Shown: positions 8,679-18,003 of the stretch, in pieces | Numbering within the stretch: position 1 is the stretch's first letter | How the letters are laid out: every line of letters starts with the position of its first letter | NCBI GenBank assembly: GCA_963839295.1 | Contig: CAWIUK010000010.1 | Location: forward strand, 160,101-224,100 | Origin: an uncultured Acidobacteriota bacterium | GTDB taxonomy: Bacteria > Acidobacteriota > Thermoanaerobaculia > UBA5066 | Reading direction: 5' to 3' | Length of the DNA stretch: 64,000 nt | Translations under genes and position numbers: made by a program | The notes under the pieces: generated by a model | Databases searched by the model: none | Told to the model about the DNA's origin: nothing | The model's input: only the letters and a program-made list of their open reading frames with translations

Positions 8679-9488
8679 TCAGACCCGGTTGGCCACGAGG
8701 AGCGCGAGCACGGCCGGGAGCCACGCGATCGAGGCGAGGAAGAGCGACCGCGCGCGGGCGTCGGACACCTCGCGGGCGAACTTCACGGACGCCGCGAGGA
8801 AGAGGAGCGTCATCGCGAAGGCCCCGAAGGCGTAGGCGAAACCGGCGGAGCCGACGAGCGACGGGAGGAGGCTGATCGGGAGCAGGACGGCGGTCCAGAG
8901 AAGCGTCTGGCGCGCCGTGGAGCGCCCCGAAGGGTCGACGACCGGAAGGATCACGACGCCGGCCTTCGCGTAGTCCTTGCGGTGGCGCCAGCCGATCGCG
9001 AAGAAGTGCGGGAGCTGCCACACGAAGAGGATTGCGAAGAGGGCGAGGCCCGCGAGGCCGATCGCGCCTCCGGCCGCGGCCGTGTACCCGCCGAGCGGCG
9101 GAAGCGCGCCCGGGACGGCCCCGACGATCGTCGAGGCCGGCGAGCGCGTCTTCATGGGCGTGTAGACGAGGACGTACGAGACGAGCGTGAACGCGGCGAG
9201 CGCGGTGGTCACGGGGTCCGTGAAGAGCCAGAGCTCGGCGAGGCCGGCGAGCGAGAGCGCGCCCGCGAAGAGCGCGGCGCCGGAGAGCGGAATCCGGCCC
9301 GAAGGGAGCGGACGCGAGGCGGTGCGCGCCATCCGGCCGTCCAGCTCCTTCTCCCAGACCTGGTTGAACGCGCTCGTCCCCGAGGCGACGAACGCCGTCC
9401 CGAGGAGCGTGTGAAGGAGGAGCGCGAGGTTCATCCCCGAGAGGGGGCCCGCCGTGCCGGCCACGAAACCGACGAACGCCGTCATCAC
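8679..9488 (-). CDS. ctaB: Protoheme IX farnesyltransferase (heme O synthase)
   Basis: UbiA-family motifs NQVWEKELDGRMARTASRPLPSG and YTPMKTRSP, with multiple TM helices. The listed start (GTG 9488) cuts off the conserved YLSLTKPRI motif, which is encoded in frame just upstream (9489..9530). The true start is probably upstream and non-canonical (see findings). Confidence 0.88.
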   Translation of the reverse strand: MMTAFVGFVAGTAGPLSGMNLALLLHTLLGTAFVASGTSAFNQVWEKELDGRMARTASRPLPSGRIPLSGAALFAGALSLAGLAELWLFTDPVTTALAAFTLVSYVLVYTPMKTRSPASTIVGAVPGALPPLGGYTAAAGGAIGLAGLALFAILFVWQLPHFFAIGWRHRKDYAKAGVVILPVVDPSGRSTARQTLLWTAVLLPISLLPSLVGSAGFAYAFGAFAMTLLFLAASVKFAREVSDARARSLFLASIAWLPAVLALLVANRV

Positions 9489-9561
9489 GACGAAGACGGT
9501 GATCCGGGGCTTCGTCAGGGAGAGGTAGGCGGCGGGGAGGGACTGGCTCAGAGACGCATCC

Positions 9562-10527
9562 TCAATCGCGCCCGAGCTTATCCGAAAACCCGGCCGCGAG
9601 CGCGACCGAGGCCAGGACGCCCGTGACCCAGCAGAGGGCTCCCACGGCGAGGTGCGCGACGGTCAGGGGCACGGCCTTCGCGGACCAGATCGAGGAGGCG
9701 CCCAGGAAGGCCTGAAGGCAGACGAGGCCGGCCCAGGCGGCTCCGAGGGTGGCGAAACGGGGCTGGAGGCCAGAGAGCGCTTTGGCGGCCAGAAAGACGA
9801 GCACGACCACGACGGCCGCCCCGAGACGGTGGGCGAGGTGGATCGGAACGCCGGGACGGGAGATTTCTTCGAACGTGGGGAGAAGGCCGCCGAACGAGGT
9901 GGGGAAATCCGGGATCGCGAGGCCCGCGCCCGTGTGGCGCATGACGGCGCCGAGGACGATCTGGACGTAGATCGCACCCGTGGCGAGAACCGTCCACCGA
10001 AACGCCTTCCTCGCTTCTTCGCCATTCGAAGAAATCCGGAGATTTTTTTCGAGTGGAAGAGGAAGAGGGGAGGTCGGGCGCGCGGCGAGCTCGGTCCAGG
10101 TCTTTGAGCACATGAGTGCGACGACGGCGGTGAGGGCGAAGACGATCTCGGCGAGGCCGGCGTGCGCGGAGGAGACGGCGGGCGGGAGCAGGAAGAGGAC
10201 CGTCAAGCCGCCCAGGAGAGCTTGCAGCAGGATTGCGAGGAACGCGGCCGCCGCGAGGACCTTGACCGTCTTTCTTCCCTTCAGAAGAAGAAGAAGCGCG
10301 CCGAGCTCCAGACCCACCAGTGTGGAGACGGCCGCCGCCACGAGCCGGTGGCCGTGCTCGTAGAGGATCCCGCCGACCATCGGCGGCATGACCCTGCCGT
10401 ACGACAGCGGCCAGTCCGGGACCGCGAGGCCGGACTGGGTCGACGTGACGAGGGCGCCCGCGATCAGGAGCAGGAAGACGCAGGCCGCGACGGTCCGCGT
10501 GCCGACGCCGAGGAACGCTTCAGGCAC
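9562..10527 (-). CDS. ctaA: Heme A synthase (COX15/CtaA family)
   Basis: 321 aa, 8 TM. Conserved His-containing motifs (YEHGHRLVAA, VMRHTGAGLA, HLAHRLGAAV) and the PDWPLSYG loop. Confidence 0.85.
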   Translation of the reverse strand: MPEAFLGVGTRTVAACVFLLLIAGALVTSTQSGLAVPDWPLSYGRVMPPMVGGILYEHGHRLVAAAVSTLVGLELGALLLLLKGRKTVKVLAAAAFLAILLQALLGGLTVLFLLPPAVSSAHAGLAEIVFALTAVVALMCSKTWTELAARPTSPLPLPLEKNLRISSNGEEARKAFRWTVLATGAIYVQIVLGAVMRHTGAGLAIPDFPTSFGGLLPTFEEISRPGVPIHLAHRLGAAVVVVLVFLAAKALSGLQPRFATLGAAWAGLVCLQAFLGASSIWSAKAVPLTVAHLAVGALCWVTGVLASVALAAGFSDKLGRD

Positions 10528-11362
10528 CGGCCTTGAACGTGAACGGCACGGCCTTCGAGTCCGTCGCCCCCACCGTCACCTGCTGCGTCTGCGTGCCGAA
10601 CTTCTCGTGCCACGCCTCGATCGTGTACGTGCCCGCGGGGAGGTTCTTGATCGTGTACGTGCCGTCCGCGGCCGTCACCGCGAAGAAGGGATGCGCGACG
10701 ACGCCGCAGAACGCCGACATCCAGCCGTGGACGTCGCACTTGATCCGGACCATGACCTCGGGCTTGTCGAACTTCTTCGTGTACTTCATCCCCTGCACGG
10801 GCATCCCGAGGTTGAACGCCTCGTTCTTCTCGGGCAGCGAGTGGATGTTGTGGAGCGTCGCGTCGCTGTTGAGGATCTCGATGTCCTGGCCGGCGACGAC
10901 GCCGAAGACGTGGGGGTGGTACGTGCAGCCCTTCTGGTCGATCAGGGCGGGGGTCGCGGGCGGCGGGTACGTGCCCGTGATGCCGGACTTCACGTAGACG
11001 AAGACGTCCTTGAGTCCGCGGTCGGGCCCGATCTCGATGTCCTGCTTCGCCGTTTCTCCGGGGTGCGCCTTCGCGCAGAAGGCGTCGGCGGTCATCTTGA
11101 ATTTCTCGGGCGAGGGGATGGGCCCGTCGAAGACGATCTTTCCGGTGATCGAGGCGGCGCCGGTGGCGCCCGCCGCGGGGCCGGCGGCGGCCGCGGACGC
11201 GGCGGCGGGGGCGGCGGCGTCCTTCGGGGCGCCGGCGGCGCGCGAGGACTTCGGCTGGTCCTCGTCGTCGTCCTTGCCGCCGCAGCCCGCGAGGGCGGCG
11301 ACGCCGAGGAGAACGGCGGCGCACAGGGGAGCGAGGCGGGAGCGGAACCTGACACCGGTCAT
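10520..11362 (-). CDS. Lipoprotein with cupredoxin-like Cu-site motif and carboxypeptidase-regulatory-like C-terminal domain
   Basis: Trimmed from ORF 10520..11527 to ATG 11362, which is preceded by a strong SD (GAAGGAGGACCGC-ATG). Lipobox LAGC in MTGVRFRSRLAPLCAAVLLGVAALAGCGG. Candidate type-1 Cu ligands CTYHPH ... CDVHGWM. C-terminus ADGTYTIKNLPAGTYTIEAWHEKFG. Confidence 0.65.
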   Translation of the reverse strand: MTGVRFRSRLAPLCAAVLLGVAALAGCGGKDDDEDQPKSSRAAGAPKDAAAPAAASAAAAGPAAGATGAASITGKIVFDGPIPSPEKFKMTADAFCAKAHPGETAKQDIEIGPDRGLKDVFVYVKSGITGTYPPPATPALIDQKGCTYHPHVFGVVAGQDIEILNSDATLHNIHSLPEKNEAFNLGMPVQGMKYTKKFDKPEVMVRIKCDVHGWMSAFCGVVAHPFFAVTAADGTYTIKNLPAGTYTIEAWHEKFGTQTQQVTVGATDSKAVPFTFKAGA

Positions 11363-11441
11363 GCGGTCCTCCTTCGGGCGCTTCTTTTTCTCGGGACGGT
11401 CCCCTCTCGGAGAAGGGAAAGCGATGATAGACAATCGACCC

Positions 11442-12548
11442 ATGCGCGTCGAATCCGCGGTCCTCCGCCACGTCGAGATGCCGCTCAGGTTCCGTTTCCG
11501 GACGTCCTTCGGCGAGACGTCCGTCAAGAAGTTCCTCCTTCTCGAGCTGCGCGGCGACGGGCTCTCCGGCTGGGGGGAATGCGTCGCCGAGGAGGCGCCG
11601 TTCTACTCGCCGGAGACTCTCTCCACGGCGGCGCCGATCCTCACGAAGTATCTCGTTCCCCTCGTCCTCGGCAAGAACGTCGCGTCGCCCGCCGCCTTCG
11701 ACGACGCCGCGCGGCGCGTGAGGGGCAACCGGATGGCGAAGGCGACCGTCGAGTGCGCGCTCCGCGACCTCCACGCGCGGGCCGCGGGCGTCGCGCTCGG
11801 AAGGTCGCTCGGGGGCGTGCGCGAGGCGATCGAGGTCGGCGTCTCGCTCGGCATCTCGCCGACCGCGAAGGACGCCGTGGAGAACGTGAGGAAGCACGTC
11901 GAGCAGGGCTACCGGCGGATCAAGCTCAAGATCGAGCCGGGCTGCGACGCCGAGCGCCTGGCGGCGGTCCGCGAGGAATTTCCGGACATCACGCTCACCG
12001 TGGACGCGAACGCGGCCTACACGCTGGCCGACGCGGACGCGCTGCGCGCGCTCGACGCTTTCCGCCTCGACTACATCGAACAGCCGCTCCACCACGAGGA
12101 CCTCGTCGCCCACGCGGAGCTCGCAAAGACCCTGAAGACGCCGATCTGCCTCGACGAGTCGATTCGCTCGGAAGCCGACGCGAAGGCCGCGATCCTCCTG
12201 GGGGCGTGCCGGGTCCTCAACGTGAAGATCGGCCGTGTCGGCGGCCACGGTGAGGCCGTGCGGATCCACGACGCGGCGCGCGAGGCCGGCGTCCCGGTCT
12301 GGTGCGGCGGCATGCTCGAGTCGGGCGTCGGGCGCGCGCACAACGTCGCGATCGCGAGCCTGCCCGGCTTTTCGAAACCCGGGGACACGGCGTCCTCGTC
12401 GCGCTACTTCGAGGAGGACGTCGTGGAGCCGCCCCTCGAGGCCGTCGCCGGGCTCATGCCGGTCCCGAAGGGTCCCGGGACGGGCGTCACGGTGCGCCAC
12501 GACGTCCTCGCCCGGTACACGACGGACGTCGCGGAGCTGCGCGCGTGA
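11442..12548 (+). CDS. Enolase-superfamily o-succinylbenzoate synthase / N-succinylamino acid racemase family enzyme
   Basis: Trimmed from ORF 11010..12548 to ATG 11442 (MRVESAVLRHVEMPLRFRFRTSFGE...). Has KLKIEPG, TVDANAAY, DYIEQPL, LDES and NVKIGRVGG motifs of the MLE/OSBS subgroup. 368 aa. Confidence 0.85.
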   Translation: MRVESAVLRHVEMPLRFRFRTSFGETSVKKFLLLELRGDGLSGWGECVAEEAPFYSPETLSTAAPILTKYLVPLVLGKNVASPAAFDDAARRVRGNRMAKATVECALRDLHARAAGVALGRSLGGVREAIEVGVSLGISPTAKDAVENVRKHVEQGYRRIKLKIEPGCDAERLAAVREEFPDITLTVDANAAYTLADADALRALDAFRLDYIEQPLHHEDLVAHAELAKTLKTPICLDESIRSEADAKAAILLGACRVLNVKIGRVGGHGEAVRIHDAAREAGVPVWCGGMLESGVGRAHNVAIASLPGFSKPGDTASSSRYFEEDVVEPPLEAVAGLMPVPKGPGTGVTVRHDVLARYTTDVAELRA

Positions 12549-13687
12549 GCCGGGCGGGCGTCCTCTCGGCCCTCTTTGCCGCGCGGAACGAGCGCCTCCT
12601 CGGGGATCTCGAGGCACTCGTCGTCCGCGAGAGCCCGTCCGACGAGCCGGCGCGCGTCTCGCAGCTGGCGATCTGGGTCGCCGAGCGCCTGTCGCACGTG
12701 GGCGTCCCGGCCGTCTGCGTCCCGTGCGAGGGCCGCGGCGACGCCGTGCGCGTGCGCATCGGCGAGGAGCGCGGCGGCACGCTCCTCCTCGGCCACCTCG
12801 ACACGGTCTGGCCCGCAGGCACGCTGGCGGACATCCCGTTCTCGGTCGAGGACGGCGTGGCCCGGGGGCCGGGCGTTTTCGACATGAAGGGCGGGATCGC
12901 CGTCGCGATTGCAGTCCTCGAGTCCGTCGCGAAGGGCGACGTGAACCCCGCGGGCGGCGTCTCCTTCGTCCTGACGCCGGACGAGGAGATCGGCAGCGGC
13001 GCTTCGAGCGGGCTCCTCCTGGAGGAGGCGCTCCGCCGCGACCGCGTCCTCGTCCTCGAGCCCTCGGGCGACGCGGGCGCCGCGAAGGTCGCGCGAAAAG
13101 GCACGGGTCTCGTCAGGGTCCGCTTCGGCGGTGTCGCGTCCCACGCGGGGCTCGAGCCCGAGAAGGGAGCCTCGGCGCTCCTCGAGCTGGCGCGCTTCGC
13201 GCTGTACGCCGACGCGCTCGGGGACAAGCCGGCGGGGACCTCCGTCGTGCCGACCGTCGCCGCCTCGGGAAAGGTCACGAACGTCGTGCCCGAGCGGGCG
13301 GAGCTCACCGTGGACTTCCGCGTCTGGACGCGGGCGGAAGCCGAGCGCGTCATGGCCGGACTCCGCGCCTACCGCCCCGCGGAGCCCCGCGTGGCGGTCG
13401 AGATCGACGGCGGCGCCAACCGGCCGCCCATGGAGCAGACGGAGGCCTCGCTCGGCCTCTACCGGCGCGCGGCGGCCCTCGCGCACGCGCTGGGCTTCGA
13501 TCTGCCGGCGGCGCGGGTGGGCGGCGGCTCGGACGGCAACCTCACGGCGGCCGCGGGCGTCCCGACGCTGGACGGCCTCGGGCCGGCCGGCGGCGGCGCG
13601 CACGCGCGCACGGAGCACGTCCTCGTCGACGACCTCCCGCGCCGGGCGGCGCTCGTCGCGGGCCTCCTCGAGGACCTCGCGCCGTGA
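12545..13687 (+). CDS. M20 family metallopeptidase/amidohydrolase (carboxypeptidase G2-like)
   Basis: Trimmed from ORF 12302..13687 to GTG 12545 (GTGA overlap with the upstream stop). Motifs LLLGHLDTVWP, GPGVFDMKGG, TPDEEIGS and GGGSDGN are typical M20 metal and catalytic residues. Confidence 0.85.
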   Translation: MSRAGVLSALFAARNERLLGDLEALVVRESPSDEPARVSQLAIWVAERLSHVGVPAVCVPCEGRGDAVRVRIGEERGGTLLLGHLDTVWPAGTLADIPFSVEDGVARGPGVFDMKGGIAVAIAVLESVAKGDVNPAGGVSFVLTPDEEIGSGASSGLLLEEALRRDRVLVLEPSGDAGAAKVARKGTGLVRVRFGGVASHAGLEPEKGASALLELARFALYADALGDKPAGTSVVPTVAASGKVTNVVPERAELTVDFRVWTRAEAERVMAGLRAYRPAEPRVAVEIDGGANRPPMEQTEASLGLYRRAAALAHALGFDLPAARVGGGSDGNLTAAAGVPTLDGLGPAGGGAHARTEHVLVDDLPRRAALVAGLLEDLAP

Positions 13688-14475
13688 GCGGGCGGAAGGA
13701 CTGCCTCGTCGTCCGCGAGCTCCGGACGCCTGAGGAGTTCATCGAGACGACGCACGTCTCGAAGGCGGCCTGGGGCTTCTCCGAGCGCGCCGTCTCGCCG
13801 GCGAGCGACCTCGTCGCGGCGACGCACGCCGGCGGCCTCACGGCCGGCGCGTTCCTCGGCCGGAAGATGGTCGGGTTCGTCCACGGCTTCCCGCGCACGA
13901 ATCTCGACGAGCCGTGCCAGTACTCGCACCTCCTCGCCGTCCTCCCGGAGGCGCAGGGCCGCGGTCTCTCCGTCGTCCTCAAGCTCTACCAGCGGGAGTG
14001 GTGCCTCGAGCGCGGAATCCGGCTCGTCACGTGGATGTACGACCCGTTCCTCCTCCGGAACGCGACGCTGAACCTCGAGCGACTCGCGGGGGTCGTCCGG
14101 ACGTTCCACCCGAACCTCTACGGCTCCCTGGGAGGCCTGTACGCCGGGCTCCCGACGGACCGGTTCGAGCTCACGTGGCGCCTGACCGCCTCCGAGGTCG
14201 TCCGTGCTGCCGCGGGCGAGGCGCGGCCGCGGCCGGACGTCTCGGGCCTGCCCGCCGCGAGGGACCCGCGCGCTCTGCCCGCGGCCCCGCGCGTCCTCCT
14301 CCCGTTCCCCGCGGGCGCTCCGCGCATCTACCGGACGGACCGCGCCGGGACGCTCCGTGCCCGCCGCCGGTTCGCGGCCCTCGCGAAGGCGCTCTTTTCG
14401 GGCGGCTACGCGGTGACGCACGTCGTCCCCGACGCGGGCGGCTCGCCCGCCTACGTTCTCGACCGGGCCGGGTGA
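13684..14475 (+). CDS. GNAT-superfamily acyltransferase-like protein (COG3375-like)
   Basis: Real part of ORF 12235..14475, starting at GTG 13684 (GTGA overlap). VSGRKDCLVVRELRTPEEFIETTHVSKAAWGF...LLAVLPEAQGRGLSVVLKLYQREWCLERGIRLVTWMYDP has a GNAT-like Q/RxxGxG/A segment. The call rests on pattern recognition only. Confidence 0.6.
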   Translation: MSGRKDCLVVRELRTPEEFIETTHVSKAAWGFSERAVSPASDLVAATHAGGLTAGAFLGRKMVGFVHGFPRTNLDEPCQYSHLLAVLPEAQGRGLSVVLKLYQREWCLERGIRLVTWMYDPFLLRNATLNLERLAGVVRTFHPNLYGSLGGLYAGLPTDRFELTWRLTASEVVRAAAGEARPRPDVSGLPAARDPRALPAAPRVLLPFPAGAPRIYRTDRAGTLRARRRFAALAKALFSGGYAVTHVVPDAGGSPAYVLDRAG

Positions 14476-14495
14476 TAGGATTTTTCGAAAGGAGA

Positions 14496-14795
14496 ATGAC
14501 CATGAAGAAGATCTTCCGAGCGATGATCCCCGCCGCGTTCCTGCTCTTCTCCGGCGCCGCGCTCGCCGTCGACGACTTCCAGGTGACGGGCAACGTCACG
14601 GAGAAGACCGCCGACTCGATCACGGTCATGAAGGGCAAGGAGCGCTTCCAGATCGCAATCGACAAGGACACGAAGGGCGATGCCAAGGTCGGTGACAAGG
14701 TCACGATCAAATACAAGATGCACGGTTCGTCGATCGAGGTGAAGGGCGCCAAGGAAGCGAAGCCCGCAAAGTCCACGACGAAGAAGGCCGCCTGA
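14496..14795 (+). CDS. Small secreted protein, unknown function
   Basis: MTMKKIFRAMIPAAFLLFSGAALAVDDFQVTG... is a signal peptide followed by a Lys-rich beta-type domain. SD AAAGGAGA lies at 14488-14495. The second ATG at 14502 is the better-spaced start. Confidence 0.6.
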   Translation: MTMKKIFRAMIPAAFLLFSGAALAVDDFQVTGNVTEKTADSITVMKGKERFQIAIDKDTKGDAKVGDKVTIKYKMHGSSIEVKGAKEAKPAKSTTKKAA

Positions 14796-14812
14796 AAGAC
14801 AGAGATTCCTGC

Positions 14813-14840
14813 GGGGCGGCTGTGCGCCGCCCCATCTTCA
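14813..14840. terminator. Bidirectional hairpin terminator between convergent genes
   Basis: GGGGCGGC (14813-14820), loop TGTGC, GCCGCCCC (14826-14833), then a T-containing tail ATCTTCA. Sits between the small secreted protein gene (+) and prfA (-). Confidence 0.5.
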
Positions 14841-14873
14841 CCTTCTAAGAAATCTCCCTCTTTCTCTTCGTCT

Positions 14874-15956
14874 TCAGGCCTTGGCGAGTTCCTGCTTGAG
14901 CTTCTCGGCCTGGAAGTGCGCGACGAGCGGGTCGACGAGCTCGTCGAGGCGCCCGTCCATGATGTCCTGAAGCCGGTGGGACGTGAACCCGATCCTGTGG
15001 TCCGTCACGCGGCTCTGCGGGAAGTTGTAGGTCCGGATCTTCTCGGACCGGTCGCCCGAGCCGACCATCTTCTTGCGGTCGGCCGCGTAGGCCGCTTCCT
15101 TCCGCTCGCGCTCGGCCTCGAAGAGGCGCGCCTTCAGGACGCGCATCGCCTTCGCCTTGTTCTTGACCTGCGAGCGCTCGTCCTGGCACTGGACGACGAC
15201 GCCGGTCGGAAGGTGCGTGAGCCGGACGGCCGAGTACGTCGTGTTGACGCCCTGCCCTCCGGGGCCGGACGCGCAGAAGAGGTCGACCCTCACGTCCTTG
15301 TCGGCCACGACGACGTCGACGTCCTCGGCCTCGGGCAGGACGGCGACGGTCGCGGCCGACGTGTGGATCCGGCCCGCGGACTCGGTCGCGGGGACCCGCT
15401 GGACGCGGTGGACGCCGCCCTCGTACTTCAGGCGCGAGTACGCGCCCTCGCCCTCGATGATCGCCTGGACGTCCTTCAGGCCGCCGACGCCGCCGGAGTC
15501 GCTCCGGTCGATGACCTCGACCTTCCAGCCGCGGCTCTCGGCGTAGCGCACGTACATCCGGAAGAGCTCCTCGGCGAAGAGGGCGGCCTCGTCGCCGCCC
15601 GTGCCGGCTCGGATCTCGAGGACGACGTTCTTCGCGTCGTTCGGGTCCTTCGGGAGCAGGAGGAGGCGCAGGTCCTCGTCGATGGCGGCGCGCCGCGCGC
15701 TCAGGGCCTCGAATTCGGCCTGGGCGATCTCGCGCAGCTCGTCTCCCGGCGGCAGCGTGTCGAGCATCTCGCGGGCGCCCGCGAGCTGGCCTTCGATCTT
15801 CTTCCGCTCGCGGTTCTTTTCGACGACGGGCGCGATCTCGCGCATCGCGCGGGCGGTCTTCGTCGCGAGGGCGTGATCCGCGAGCACTTCGGGCGAGGCG
15901 GCGCGGGCTTCGAGGTCCGCGTACCGTCGTTCGATGTCGTCGAGCTTCTGGAACAT
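14874..15956 (-). CDS. prfA: Peptide chain release factor 1
   Basis: 360 aa. GGQ motif (SGPGGQGVNTT) and the RF1-type tripeptide PAT (RVPATESAGRIHTS). Confidence 0.95.
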   Translation of the reverse strand: MFQKLDDIERRYADLEARAASPEVLADHALATKTARAMREIAPVVEKNRERKKIEGQLAGAREMLDTLPPGDELREIAQAEFEALSARRAAIDEDLRLLLLPKDPNDAKNVVLEIRAGTGGDEAALFAEELFRMYVRYAESRGWKVEVIDRSDSGGVGGLKDVQAIIEGEGAYSRLKYEGGVHRVQRVPATESAGRIHTSAATVAVLPEAEDVDVVVADKDVRVDLFCASGPGGQGVNTTYSAVRLTHLPTGVVVQCQDERSQVKNKAKAMRVLKARLFEAERERKEAAYAADRKKMVGSGDRSEKIRTYNFPQSRVTDHRIGFTSHRLQDIMDGRLDELVDPLVAHFQAEKLKQELAKA

Positions 15957-15997
15957 GGCGGGTGGAGGCGGCTCACGGAGCCGCGCCGGTCACCGGC

Positions 15998-16240
15998 TCA
16001 GGCCGGGGTCGCGGGAGCCTTGGCCTTCGGGGCGGGCTTCGCCACGTTCGCGTAGCGCTTCTGGAAGCGTTCGACGCGGCCCGCGGTGTCGACGAGCTTG
16101 CTCTTCCCGGTGAAGAACGGGTGGCAGTTCGAGCAGATCTCGAGCCGGAGCTCCTTGTTCGTGCTCTTCGTCTTCCACGTGGTCCCGCACGCGCAGTGGA
16201 CGTCGACCTCGTGGTACTCGGGGTGGATCTTTTCCTTCAT
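15998..16240 (-). CDS. rpmE: 50S ribosomal protein L31
   Basis: 80 aa. [27 protein letters not shown]...[11 protein letters not shown] is the classic L31 type A Cys motif. Confidence 0.95.
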   Translation of the reverse strand: MKEKIHPEYHEVDVHCACGTTWKTKSTNKELRLEICSNCHPFFTGKSKLVDTAGRVERFQKRYANVAKPAPKAKAPATPA

Positions 16241-16305
16241 GGGGGAGCCCTTTCGTCGGCCGGCCGCGTCGTGAGCCGAACCGGAACCGGGGAGGATAAC
16301 ACGCC

Positions 16306-18003
16306 TTGCGAGCCCGTGCCCCGGCCCGGAAGGCCGGTTACACTCCCGCCGTGCTCATCCTGAACGTGAGGGTGCCCGGGGAACCGGCGCGCCGCATCCG
16401 CCTCGACCGGCCCGTGCTGACCCTCGGGCGCTCCTCGACGAACGACGTGCCGCTCGCGGACCGCACGCTCTCCCGCGTCCACGCGCGCCTCGAGGTCAGC
16501 GACACGGCCGTCCGCCTCGTCGACCTCGGCTCGCGGAACGGGACCTCGCTGAACGGCTCGCGCATCTCCGAGCCCACGGTCCTTGCCGCGGGCGACCGCA
16601 TCCAGCTCGGCGAGACGCTCGTGGACATCCTCGAGGAGTCCACGACCCGCGTCGTGATCGACGGGCTGGAGGAGACCTCGCGGAAGACGACGTTCCTCCA
16701 GTCGTCCAAGGACCTCCTCCGGCCCCACAAACAGGCCTGGGACGCGAAGCTCGGAGCCGAGGAGCTCGCGCGCCTGAACGCGTCGCTCCGGATGCTGAAC
16801 GAGATCTCGGTCGAGCTCCTCGGCGACATCCCGCTCCAGAAGCTCCTCGAGCTCATCCTCGAGAAGACGTTCACGTTCCTGCAGCCCGACCGCGGCCTCC
16901 TGATGCTCGCGGACGAGTCGGGCGAGCTGAAGGCGGAGAAGGTCAAGTACGCCGCGGGCGTCGACCCGTCGGACATCCGGCTCAGCAAGACGCTCATCCA
17001 GTCGGTCGTGGAGAAGAAGAACGGCGTGCTCCTGATCGACGCCGCGACGGACGCCGGCCTCGGCGCCGCCGAGTCCATCCGGATCCAGGGCATCACGTCG
17101 TGCATGGCGGCCCCGCTCTTCGTCGAGGACAAGGTCATCGGCCTCATCTACCTCGAGGTCCGCCTCGGCCGGAAGAGCTTCAGCGAGGAGGACCTCCGGC
17201 TCCTCACGTCGCTCGCGAACACCTCGGCGATCAAGATCCAGAACCTGCGCCTGCAGGAGAGCAACGCCTCGCGCCAGCGCATCGAGCGCGAGATGGCGCT
17301 CGCGTGGGACATCCAGCGGCGGATGCTGCCCGAGGCCGAGCCGGTGCTCGTGCGCACGGAGATCCTCGGACGCACGATCCCGTCGCGGACGGTCTCGGGC
17401 GACTACTACGACTTCTACGAGCGCCCCGACAGGACGCTCGACGTCGTCGTCGCCGACGTCTGCGGCAAGGGCATGGGGGCGTCGCTCCTCGCCGCGCTCG
17501 TCCAGTCCGCGTTCCAGGTCTGGGCGGGCGAGAACTTTCCGCCCGACAGGCTCTGCTCGCGACTGAACGACCTCGTCTACCGCCGGACGAGCCCGGAGAA
17601 ATTCGTCACGTTCATCCTCGCGCTCTACGACCCGGAGTCCGGGACGGTCGTCTACACGAACGCGGGCCACAACCCCGGCATCCTCGTGCGCACCGACGGG
17701 TCGGTCGAGATGCTCGGCGCCCACGGCCCGCCGCTCGGGCTCTTCCCGGGCAAGACGTACGCCTCGGGGACCTTCACGATGCAGCCCGGCGACCTGCTCG
17801 CCCTCTACACGGACGGCGTGACGGAGGCGGCGAACGGCGACGACGAGGAGTTCGGGACGGACCGGCTCGTGGCGACGCTGAAGGACCTCCGGACGAAGCC
17901 CCTGAAGGATCTCGAAACCTCCCTCGCCTCGACGCTCCTCACGTTCACGGGCGGGACGCCGTTCGGGGACGACCGGACGCTCGTCCTCCTCAGGCGCGGC
18001 TAG
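16306..18003 (+). CDS. FHA - GAF - PP2C (SpoIIE-type) serine/threonine phosphatase
   Basis: TTG start, with SD GGAGGA at 16291-16296. FHA: [26 protein letters not shown]...[14 protein letters not shown]: [11 protein letters not shown]...SCMAAPL. PP2C: SGDYYDFY...[16 protein letters not shown]...LYTDGVTEA. Confidence 0.85.
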   Translation: MRARAPARKAGYTPAVLILNVRVPGEPARRIRLDRPVLTLGRSSTNDVPLADRTLSRVHARLEVSDTAVRLVDLGSRNGTSLNGSRISEPTVLAAGDRIQLGETLVDILEESTTRVVIDGLEETSRKTTFLQSSKDLLRPHKQAWDAKLGAEELARLNASLRMLNEISVELLGDIPLQKLLELILEKTFTFLQPDRGLLMLADESGELKAEKVKYAAGVDPSDIRLSKTLIQSVVEKKNGVLLIDAATDAGLGAAESIRIQGITSCMAAPLFVEDKVIGLIYLEVRLGRKSFSEEDLRLLTSLANTSAIKIQNLRLQESNASRQRIEREMALAWDIQRRMLPEAEPVLVRTEILGRTIPSRTVSGDYYDFYERPDRTLDVVVADVCGKGMGASLLAALVQSAFQVWAGENFPPDRLCSRLNDLVYRRTSPEKFVTFILALYDPESGTVVYTNAGHNPGILVRTDGSVEMLGAHGPPLGLFPGKTYASGTFTMQPGDLLALYTDGVTEAANGDDEEFGTDRLVATLKDLRTKPLKDLETSLASTLLTFTGGTPFGDDRTLVLLRRG

